From Candidatus Saccharimonadota bacterium (GTDB taxonomy: Bacteria; Pseudomonadota; Gammaproteobacteria; Enterobacterales; Enterobacteriaceae): 10,387 bases of DNA. This document shows, in pieces, positions 1 through 7,263 of the stretch. The first letter of the stretch is position 1, and every line of letters starts with the position of its first letter. A program made the translations under genes and the position numbers. The DNA lies in contig NZ_CP046218.1 in NCBI RefSeq assembly GCF_012571345.1, positions 55,169-65,555 on the forward strand, written 5' to 3'. The notes below the pieces were generated by a model. The model was given only the letters and a program-made list of their open reading frames with translations, was not told the origin of the DNA and made no database searches.

Positions 1-668
1 CGGTTAACAGCTTTGTGTGTGAATTCAATTTGTTCGCCTGCAAAAGAAAAAATAATTTGATGTTCTCCAGAATAATCACCAGCTCTAATAGAATGACAAT
101 TAATATTTTGGGTAATGTGATGCTGGCAATATTTAGCTAACATAAGATTTTTCATAAATAAAGCCGTTCCTGAAGGAGAATCTATTTTATGTTTATGATG
201 TTTTTCAATAATATCAATATCAACATTTGCTTGAAAATTTTCACATAATATTTGTGTGATATTTTGTAATATTTTATTAATAATATTTATTCCTTGACTA
301 AAATTAGCAGACCAAAGAATACTAATATCGTTAGATGCTTTTAAAATTTGTTTTTTTTCATAATGGTTAAAACCAGTAGTGCCGATAATAATTTTTTTTT
401 TATATTTTTGGCATATTTGCACATATTCTAAACTAGCTTGAGGATTAGTAAAATCTATCAAAATATCAAAATCATGAATAATATCATATATATTAGATTT
501 AATATTTAATTGTGTTGAACCATATTTTATTGTTTTTATATGATTTTTTATATCAATAACACCATTTAAAATAATATTTAAATTATTTTGATTAATAATA
601 TTTAATATAGCAGTACCCATTTTACCGGTAATTCCAGTAATAGCTAAGCGTACTTTATTTTTGTTCAT
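1..668 (-). CDS. dapB: 4-hydroxy-tetrahydrodipicolinate reductase DapB; 3' end cut by the window edge (about 222 N-terminal codons present)
   Basis: This ORF is absent from the supplied track because it runs off the left edge; I found it by hand translation. A minus-strand ATG at 668-666 opens a frame that stays open to base 1: MNKNKVRLAITGITGKMGTAIL...KKIIIGTTGFN...DIIEKHHKHKIDSPSGTAL...IRAGDYSGEHQIIFSFAGEQIEFTHKAVN. It is collinear with E. coli DapB (IRVAIAGAGGRMG nucleotide-binding loop; VIGTTGF; EAHHRHKVDAPSGTA; VRAGDIVGEH...ITHKA). About the last 45 residues lie outside the window. GGAG (679-682, minus strand) sits 10 nt upstream of the ATG. Confidence 0.9.
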   Translation of the reverse strand, partial: MNKNKVRLAITGITGKMGTAILNIINQNNLNIILNGVIDIKNHIKTIKYGSTQLNIKSNIYDIIHDFDILIDFTNPQASLEYVQICQKYKKKIIIGTTGFNHYEKKQILKASNDISILWSANFSQGINIINKILQNITQILCENFQANVDIDIIEKHHKHKIDSPSGTALFMKNLMLAKYCQHHITQNINCHSIRAGDYSGEHQIIFSFAGEQIEFTHKAVN

Positions 669-784
669 AAGTATATTACTCCATATCAAAATGTTATATT
701 ATAATGAATAAAACATTTAATATACATGTTAGTATTTATTTTTTTAAAATTTTATATAACTACATATTATCTATATAATCTTTT

Positions 785-3562
785 TTAAATATGTAAACGA
801 TGTTCGCCTGCATATTTAGTATTATTAACACATTTATTACAAAAATTATTAATACCATCAACCATATAATACCAACATCTCACACATTTAGAATATGTAC
901 TTTTTTGAATATGAAAATTACTGATGATGTTAGTCGTATTTATCGTATTTGCTATAATATCTACTTTAGATACTAGTAAAAAAAAATTTAATTCTTGATC
1001 TAATAATGATATTTTTTTATAATGATCTTCGTGTATATATAAAGTAATATTTGCTTCTAAAGAACTACATATGATTTTTTTATTACGTGCATCTTCAATA
1101 ATTTTATTTACTTCTTCTTTAAAAAGAAACATGAAATTCCAATAATCATTATTCATATTTTCTTTATCAGATAACGTAAATAGTTTATCGTACCATGTTT
1201 CAGTAAAAATATTTTTTATTTTTTTACCTGGCATATATCCCCATGTTTCATATGCAGTAAATGATAATATCGGCATAATCCAGCGTACTAATGATTCTAA
1301 TATCATATATAATGATGTTTGGCAACTTAATCGTTCCATACTTTTTTTAGGAAAAGTATATTGCCTATCTTTTATTAAATCTAAATATATAGAACCTAAC
1401 TCTATAGTACAGAATTTCATGATCATTTTAACTATATTATGTATATTATAATGATTATAATCATTAATAATTAAATCTTGTAATATTTTTGTTTTATGTA
1501 TAATCCATTTATCTATACTTAGCATATTATGTGCAGAAATCATGTCATGATTAGGATCAAAATCATTTAAATTTGCTAAAATATATCTAATAGTATTACG
1601 TATACGTCTATAAATTTCTGTGATGTTTTGTAAAATACAAGAAGAAAGATGTACTTCGCTATAATAATCCGTAGAAGCAACCCATAAACGTAAAACATCA
1701 GCACCAAATTTTTTTATAATATCTTGAGGCTTAATAATATTACCTATAGATTTAGACATTTTTTTACCTTCATGATCTACAGTAAAACCATGACTTATAA
1801 TATTGCTATACGGTTTTTTATTTTGTGTAATAGTAGATAAAACTAATGCAGCGATAAACCATCCTCTATATTGATCTGAACCTTCTAAATACATATCAAT
1901 TTTATTTATATTTAATTTTTGTCTAACTACAGCATCATATGTTGATCCTGAATCAAACCATACATCTAAAATATCTGTTACTTTATGATAATGAATATAA
2001 TCTTTTCCTAAAAAATCTTTTTCTTTTAAATCCCACCATGCTTGAATGCCATGTTTTTCAACAATACTAGCAATTTTATTTATTAGTTTTGTAGAATGTT
2101 TGTATATTTTATTAGTTTTTTTATGTACAAATAAAGGTATTGGAATACCCCAACGTCTTTGTCTAGAGATGCACCAATCTGGTCTTTTTTGTAACATATT
2201 TTTCATTCTATTTAAACCCCATTTAGGGATCCAATTTATATCATTAATGTTTTTTAATAATAATTTTCTTAAATCATGATGTTCCATACTAATAAACCAC
2301 TGTGGAGTAGCAATATAAATAATTGGAGTTTTATGTCTCCAGCAACATGGATAATTATGTAAATATTTTTCTTGTAAAAATAAAGTATTATTTTTCAATA
2401 AAATATTTTTTATCACATCATCCGAATTAAAAACATGAATATTATTAAGTTTATGATGTATTCCATTAATATAATATCCTTTTAAATTAATAATATTATT
2501 TTTGCATTTGATATTATTTTCATTACAGATATTATAATCATCTAAACCATGATTAGGAGCCATATGTACTATACCAGTACCTTGTGTATGTGTAACATAA
2601 GAACTAATAATTATTTTAGAATAAATATTAGTAATTGGATTTTGTAATCTTGTTGTTATAAAAAAATCTTTACCTTTTAATTGTCCAATAATTTGCCATT
2701 GTGAGATGGTTATGTTTTTAAAAATTATTTTAACTAAATTTTTCGCTACCACAATAATTTCATTATTAATAAGTATAAATTGGTAATTTATATCTGGATG
2801 TATAGCAATTGCTTGATTAGCTGGTATAGTCCATGGTGTTGTTGTCCATATTAATAATGATATGTTAATATTTGTATGCTGAATATTTAAAATATTTTTA
2901 TATTTTATATTATCCACTATTATAAATTTAACATACATTGATGTAGTATATTTGGCAATATAATCTATTTCAGCTTCTGCTAATGAAGAACTACATTGTA
3001 TACACCAATGAATAGGTTTATTACTTTGATAAACACTATGATTTTTTAAAACCTTACCAAAAGTACGAATAATATTTGCTTCTACTTTATAATCCATAGT
3101 TAGATATGGATTATCCCAATCAGCTATTATTCCTAATCTAATAAAATCTTTTTTTTGTTTTTGTACTTGTTTAAATGCATATTTTCTACATTGAATTCTA
3201 AACTCAGTATCATTTAATGATATATTTTTTTTTTTACACATTTGTTCTATTTTATGTTCAATTGGTAGCCCATGACAATCCCAACCAGGAATAAATGGTG
3301 CATAATAACCATGTAACATTTTAGATTTAATAATAATATCTTTTAAAATTTTATTAAAAGCATGTCCAATATGTATATCACCATTTGCATATGGTGGTCC
3401 ATCATGTAAAAAAAACATTTTTTTAGTTTTATGTGTATTTAGAATTTTTTGATATAAATTTTCTATAGCCCATTTTTCTAATATATTTAATTCTTTAATT
3501 GTAAGATTAGCTTTCATTGGAAATGATGTATAAGGTAAATTTAAATTAAATTTATTTTTCAT
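785..3562 (-). CDS. ileS: isoleucine--tRNA ligase (IleRS), bacterial type with C-terminal zinc knuckle
   Basis: The 925-aa ORF is collinear with E. coli IleRS (938 aa). The N-terminus MKNKFNLNLPYTSFPMKANL matches [21 protein letters not shown]. The HIGH signature (PYANGDIHIGHAFNK) and KMSKS signature (GKKMSKSIGN) are present. So are the CP1 editing-domain motifs (WTTTPWTIPANQAIA; GTGIVHMAPNHGLDDY) and the C-terminal CxxC...CxxC (CVRCW...CNKCV). Confidence 0.97.
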   Translation of the reverse strand: MKNKFNLNLPYTSFPMKANLTIKELNILEKWAIENLYQKILNTHKTKKMFFLHDGPPYANGDIHIGHAFNKILKDIIIKSKMLHGYYAPFIPGWDCHGLPIEHKIEQMCKKKNISLNDTEFRIQCRKYAFKQVQKQKKDFIRLGIIADWDNPYLTMDYKVEANIIRTFGKVLKNHSVYQSNKPIHWCIQCSSSLAEAEIDYIAKYTTSMYVKFIIVDNIKYKNILNIQHTNINISLLIWTTTPWTIPANQAIAIHPDINYQFILINNEIIVVAKNLVKIIFKNITISQWQIIGQLKGKDFFITTRLQNPITNIYSKIIISSYVTHTQGTGIVHMAPNHGLDDYNICNENNIKCKNNIINLKGYYINGIHHKLNNIHVFNSDDVIKNILLKNNTLFLQEKYLHNYPCCWRHKTPIIYIATPQWFISMEHHDLRKLLLKNINDINWIPKWGLNRMKNMLQKRPDWCISRQRRWGIPIPLFVHKKTNKIYKHSTKLINKIASIVEKHGIQAWWDLKEKDFLGKDYIHYHKVTDILDVWFDSGSTYDAVVRQKLNINKIDMYLEGSDQYRGWFIAALVLSTITQNKKPYSNIISHGFTVDHEGKKMSKSIGNIIKPQDIIKKFGADVLRLWVASTDYYSEVHLSSCILQNITEIYRRIRNTIRYILANLNDFDPNHDMISAHNMLSIDKWIIHKTKILQDLIINDYNHYNIHNIVKMIMKFCTIELGSIYLDLIKDRQYTFPKKSMERLSCQTSLYMILESLVRWIMPILSFTAYETWGYMPGKKIKNIFTETWYDKLFTLSDKENMNNDYWNFMFLFKEEVNKIIEDARNKKIICSSLEANITLYIHEDHYKKISLLDQELNFFLLVSKVDIIANTINTTNIISNFHIQKSTYSKCVRCWYYMVDGINNFCNKCVNNTKYAGEHRLHI

Positions 3563-3741
3563 ACTTTATATCTTTATATAATTAAAATATCATCTTTTAT
3601 AGTACATAATATTTATTAATATACGTATATACTATTGTTTTTTATTTTATGTTAATATTTATTAAACATATTATATATTATAATAATTATATTCATTCAT
3701 ATAGCAAAAATATCTTTATGACAATAGGAATACTTAAAAAT

Positions 3742-4005
3742 ATGGCAAATATAAAATCATCTAAAAAAAGAATATTAAAATCTATACAACAAAAAAAAAT
3801 CAATACAAGTTATCGTACTATGATAAAAACATTTATTAAAAAAGTAAAAAATACTATTGTAAGTAATAATAAAACACAATCTTTAATTGCATTTTACAAA
3901 ATGCAATCTATTGTTGATAAACAAGCACATAAAGGATTAATACATAAAAATAAAGCCGCACGTATAAAATCGAGAATATATGCTAAAATTAATAATATAA
4001 TTTAA
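3742..4005 (+). CDS. rpsT: 30S ribosomal protein S20
   Basis: The track ORF 3649-4005 is over-extended. Homology to S20 starts at the ATG at 3742: MANIKSSKKRILKS...FIKKV...KGLIHKNKAARIKSR versus E. coli MANIKSAKKRAIQS...FIKKV...KGLIHKNKAARHKAN. The product is 87 aa, as in E. coli. The start codon here is ATG, whereas E. coli rpsT uses UUG. The gene is divergent from ileS, as in E. coli. Confidence 0.93.
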   Translation: MANIKSSKKRILKSIQQKKINTSYRTMIKTFIKKVKNTIVSNNKTQSLIAFYKMQSIVDKQAHKGLIHKNKAARIKSRIYAKINNII

Positions 4006-4024
4006 GATATTTATAACATATTAT

Positions 4025-4372
4025 ATGCATACATTATCTTCTAAAATATCTATTACATTAACACTAAATGCTGCCAATAAAATTAAATCATTAATATTAC
4101 CGGAACAAAGACAAATATTAAAATTTCGAATTTTTATTATTGGTGGTGGTTGTAATGGTTTTCAGTATCAATTTAAATTAGATGATACTGTTCATAAACA
4201 TGATTGTATTATTGATACATTAGGAATTAGTATTATTGTAGATAAAATAAGTATTCAATACATATCAGGTAGTTGTATTGATTATATTGATAATCTTAAT
4301 GAATCTAAATTTAAAGTAAATAATCCACAAGCAAAAATTACTTGTAATTGTGGTTCTTCTTTCGATATATAA
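4025..4372 (+). CDS. erpA: A-type iron-sulfur cluster carrier/insertion protein ErpA
   Basis: The 115-aa ORF is collinear with E. coli ErpA (114 aa): AANKIKSL/AANKVKSL, IIGGGCNGFQYQFKLDD/ITGGGCSGFQYGFTFDD, and C-terminal NPQAKITCNCGSSFDI/NPNAKSTCGCGSSFSI. All three Cys ligands are present. It fits ErpA better than IscA or SufA, because the GGGC-x-GFQY block and the GSSF ending are ErpA-like. Confidence 0.88.
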   Translation: MHTLSSKISITLTLNAANKIKSLILPEQRQILKFRIFIIGGGCNGFQYQFKLDDTVHKHDCIIDTLGISIIVDKISIQYISGSCIDYIDNLNESKFKVNNPQAKITCNCGSSFDI

Positions 4373-4377
4373 GAGGT
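4371..4377 (+). promoter_or_regulatory. Shine-Dalgarno for gpmA (AAGAGGT), overlapping the erpA stop codon
   Basis: AAGAGGT lies at 4371-4377, about 8-9 nt upstream of the gpmA ATG (4386). The erpA TAA is at 4370-4372. This is the clearest SD in the window; most other genes here have weak SDs or none. Confidence 0.55.
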
Positions 4378-4385
4378 AATAATAT

Positions 4386-5087
4386 ATGTCTACCATTAAA
4401 GTAGTCTTATTGAGACATGGGCAAAGTAAATGGAATAAAGAAAATTTATTTACAGGATGGCATGATGTTTCATTATCTGAAGAAGGTAAGATAGAAGCAA
4501 TAGATGCAGGGAAAATATTAAAAAATTATAATTTTTTATTTGATTATGCTTATACTTCAGTATTACAAAGAGCTATATGTACTTTATGGTACATATTAAA
4601 AGAACTAAACCAATTATGGATACCTGTTATAAAGAATTGGAGATTAAATGAAAGACATTATGGCGCTTTACAAGGCATGAATAAGTTACAGATAACACAA
4701 AAATATGGAGAAAAACAAGTTACATTATGGAGACGTAGTTATCAAATTAATCCACCAGCTTTAACAATTGATGATCCGCGTTGTCCTAGATATGATGCTA
4801 AATACTCTCATTTAGAAGATTATGAATTACCTTTAACAGAAAGTTTATCTACTACATTGAAAAGAGTTGTATATTTTTGGGAAAATAATATTTTCCCAAA
4901 AATAAAAAATGGCGAACGCGTTATTATCGTAGCACATGGCAATTCTTTAAGAGCACTAATTAAATATATAGAAAAAATTAGTGATAATGATATTATCAAT
5001 TTAAATATTCCTACAGGAATACCTATTATTTATGAGTTTAATCATAAAATGAAATTTATGAAACGTTTTTATTTAAATAATATATAA
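4386..5087 (+). CDS. gpmA: 2,3-bisphosphoglycerate-dependent phosphoglycerate mutase (dPGM)
   Basis: The 233-aa ORF is collinear with E. coli GpmA (250 aa). Matching blocks are LRHGQSKWNKENLFTGW (phosphohistidine RHG motif), SVLQRAI, RLNERHYGALQG, ELPLTESL, ERVIIVAHGNSLRAL (second catalytic His) and NIPTGIPIIYEF. The protein ends at KRFYLNNI, so it lacks the E. coli C-terminal tail. Confidence 0.95.
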   Translation: MSTIKVVLLRHGQSKWNKENLFTGWHDVSLSEEGKIEAIDAGKILKNYNFLFDYAYTSVLQRAICTLWYILKELNQLWIPVIKNWRLNERHYGALQGMNKLQITQKYGEKQVTLWRRSYQINPPALTIDDPRCPRYDAKYSHLEDYELPLTESLSTTLKRVVYFWENNIFPKIKNGERVIIVAHGNSLRALIKYIEKISDNDIINLNIPTGIPIIYEFNHKMKFMKRFYLNNI

Positions 5088-7247
5088 TCAAATTGATTTT
5101 TTAGTAGTTTGTATAGCAGTAACGGCTATAGTATATACAATATCTTCAATAGATGCACCTCTAGAAAGGTCATTCACTGGTTGCTGTATTCCTTGCAATA
5201 TAGGGCCTATAGAGACTATATTAGCAGTTCTTTGTACAGCTTTATAAGTAGTATTCCCAGTATTTAAATCTGGAAATATAATAGTATTAGCATGACCAGC
5301 AATATTAGAATTAGGTGCTTTATATCGACCAATATTAATATCTATTGCGGCATCATACTGTAATGGACCATCTACTAATATTTGAGGTGCATTATGACGT
5401 ATTAGTTGTGTAGCTTCATAAACTTTTTTTGCTTCTAAACTGTTGCTAGATGTTCCTGTAACATATGAAATCATAGCTATTTTAGCATCTATATTAAATA
5501 GAGCTGCTGTTTCTGCAGTTTGCAAAGCAATTTCTGCTAATTGTTTATAGTTAGGATTAGGATTAATTGCACAATCACCATATATTAAGATTTTTTGTGG
5601 TAATAGCATAAAAAATATTGATGATATAATAGAATACTGTGATACAGTTTTAATAATTTGCAATGCTGGTCTAATAGTATTAGCTGTAGTTTGACTTGCT
5701 CCTGCAACAATGCCATCTACTTGCTTATTTTTGAGCATCATAGTAGCTACTAACATATTATTTATTAATAATTTTTTAGCATCAATAATACTTATTCCTT
5801 TTTCTTTCCTCAGAAAAAATAATTGTTCGATATAATTATTACGTATAGAATCAGGATTAATAATTTGTATATTGTTATATTGAATATTAATATCATATTC
5901 TTTAGCTATATTATGAATATGTTGAGGATAACCTAATAAAATACAATTTGCAATTTTATTTTTTGCACATATTGAAGCAGCTTTAATAGTACGTATTTCT
6001 TCTCCTTCTGGCAATAAAATAGTTTTATGTAGTTTAATTGCTTTTTCCATTAATAAATATTTAAAGATTTCTGGATTATTATAAATAATATGTTTTTTTT
6101 GTGTAAATATATTTTTTGGTAAAAAAATGGAAATATATTGAATTATTTGTTCTATAAAAGAAATATTTAAATAAAAAAATTTACTTTGATAGAAATATTG
6201 TAATTTATTATAGATAATATTATTATCATATTTTGTATACATGATATTAATGTTTTTTTTGTTTGCTAACAATATAAATTGTTTGATAATTTTTTTTTCT
6301 ACATCTTTAGTAATATTATTTATATTACTCATATTAGTTATTAATATATTGTATGTTATAGTATTAATATCAGAAGATATGATATTATATAACTGTTTTA
6401 TTATTTGATTATTATTATAAGAAATAATCAACAAAGACATATGATAACAACAAGATTTTATTATTAAATTTTCATATACAAAAATGATGTTTTTTATCAA
6501 AAATGTATTTTGAATATTTTTATTTATCATATTACAACACAAATATTGACATAAATGATTTATTGTAATACCTAATAGGCGTGTAGTATCATATATAATT
6601 GTATAAATATTATTATCATAATTATTTTTAGAAGATAATTTTGAGCTATTGTGGTGCATATATGTGGTATAGTAAGAAAATTGGTTATATATATTAAAAA
6701 ATAAATTTTGTGTATTATAATTTTGTATGATAATTTTCATACTACTACTACTGATAGTAGTATTAGTCATGACTTGTTTACTAATGTAATTGATATTATT
6801 TTGTATGTATTTATAATCTATATCTATATCACTAGAAGCAGTAATAAATACTATTTCGGCGTTTAAAATCTTTGCTATTTTACAATTTAAAAAAAATGTC
6901 AATATTTCATGTTGTCGCGACATAAAACCTGTTATAAACATAGTATAATTTTGGTCATTATATTTATAAAAGTTATTAACTATGCTATTAATAACTTTAT
7001 TATAATAAAAATTATCATTTAATTTACTTATATTGTTAATTATTATGGGTTGTATGTATTTGATCTTTAAATACTTTTCAATATAATATTTATTACGTAT
7101 ACATGTTTGTTCTTGAGTTTTTAAAATTGGATTAAATAATATAATTTTATGAAATTGAGACTGTAACTTATTTAATAGAGTAATATTAATATTATTAAAA
7201 AAATTTATATTAACATTAATAGGTATTGTAATAATAACTTTATTCAT
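5088..7247 (-). CDS. pta: phosphate acetyltransferase, two-domain enterobacterial type
   Basis: The track ORF (736 aa, start 7298) is collinear with E. coli Pta (714 aa). The C-terminal PTA_PTB catalytic domain (about 5088-6080) is strongly conserved: LLPEGEEIRTIKAA, VDGIVAGA..TTANTIRPALQIIKT, YGDCAINPNP, DGPLQYDAA, IFPDLNTGNTTYKAVQR, PVNDLSRGA. Alignment with the E. coli N-terminus (MSRIIMLIPTG) begins at MNKVIITIPIN, which is the ATG at 7247. That ATG has GGTGA 5 nt upstream and does not overlap ackA. In-frame ATGs at 7259 and 7298 are alternative starts. Confidence 0.93.
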   Translation of the reverse strand: MNKVIITIPINVNINFFNNINITLLNKLQSQFHKIILFNPILKTQEQTCIRNKYYIEKYLKIKYIQPIIINNISKLNDNFYYNKVINSIVNNFYKYNDQNYTMFITGFMSRQHEILTFFLNCKIAKILNAEIVFITASSDIDIDYKYIQNNINYISKQVMTNTTISSSSMKIIIQNYNTQNLFFNIYNQFSYYTTYMHHNSSKLSSKNNYDNNIYTIIYDTTRLLGITINHLCQYLCCNMINKNIQNTFLIKNIIFVYENLIIKSCCYHMSLLIISYNNNQIIKQLYNIISSDINTITYNILITNMSNINNITKDVEKKIIKQFILLANKKNINIMYTKYDNNIIYNKLQYFYQSKFFYLNISFIEQIIQYISIFLPKNIFTQKKHIIYNNPEIFKYLLMEKAIKLHKTILLPEGEEIRTIKAASICAKNKIANCILLGYPQHIHNIAKEYDINIQYNNIQIINPDSIRNNYIEQLFFLRKEKGISIIDAKKLLINNMLVATMMLKNKQVDGIVAGASQTTANTIRPALQIIKTVSQYSIISSIFFMLLPQKILIYGDCAINPNPNYKQLAEIALQTAETAALFNIDAKIAMISYVTGTSSNSLEAKKVYEATQLIRHNAPQILVDGPLQYDAAIDINIGRYKAPNSNIAGHANTIIFPDLNTGNTTYKAVQRTANIVSIGPILQGIQQPVNDLSRGASIEDIVYTIAVTAIQTTKKSI

Positions 7248-7263
7248 AACAATCACCATTTTT

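Noticed and set aside
31-812. An exact 12-nt, relatively GC-rich repeat tgttcgcctgca at 31-42 (in dapB) and 801-812 (in ileS).
   Set aside because: On the minus strand both copies encode Ala-Gly-Glu followed by Gln or His (GCA GGC GAA CA), in frame, within unrelated conserved proteins. Neither flank extends the similarity. I treat it as a codon-level coincidence, not a repeat element or recombination scar.
2046-2279. A 77-aa plus-strand ORF from the six-frame track.
   Set aside because: It lies entirely antisense within the well-conserved ileS coding region. It has low-complexity, hydrophobic, F/L/I-rich content typical of the reverse frame of an AT-rich gene, with no SD and no recognisable motif. 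It is almost certainly spurious.
3649-3741. A 31-codon N-terminal extension of rpsT suggested by the track ORF (MLIFIKHIIYYNNYIHSYSKNIFMTIGILKN).
   Set aside because: S20 homology begins exactly at MANIKS (ATG at 3742), and the 87-aa length matches E. coli. The extension is AT-rich spacer that happens to be open, and it would use up the divergent ileS/rpsT promoter region.
4321-4329. The DnaA-box-like 9-mer TAATCCACA (8 of 9 match to TTATCCACA).
   Set aside because: It is a single copy inside erpA coding sequence (codons AAT AAT CCA CAA). There is no cluster of boxes and no adjacent AT-rich 13-mers beyond the background composition. It is not an origin.
6741-6767. An imperfect hairpin / trinucleotide repeat: ACTACTACTACT - gat - AGTAGTATTAGT (11 of 12 bp stem, 3-nt loop).
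   Set aside because: It sits inside the pta N-terminal domain and encodes a Thr/Ser run (TNTTISSSSM) on the minus strand. No T-tract follows it on either strand, and it is AT-rich and weak. It is more likely a by-product of a serine/threonine codon repeat than a terminator or regulatory structure. It is a possible replication-slippage site only.
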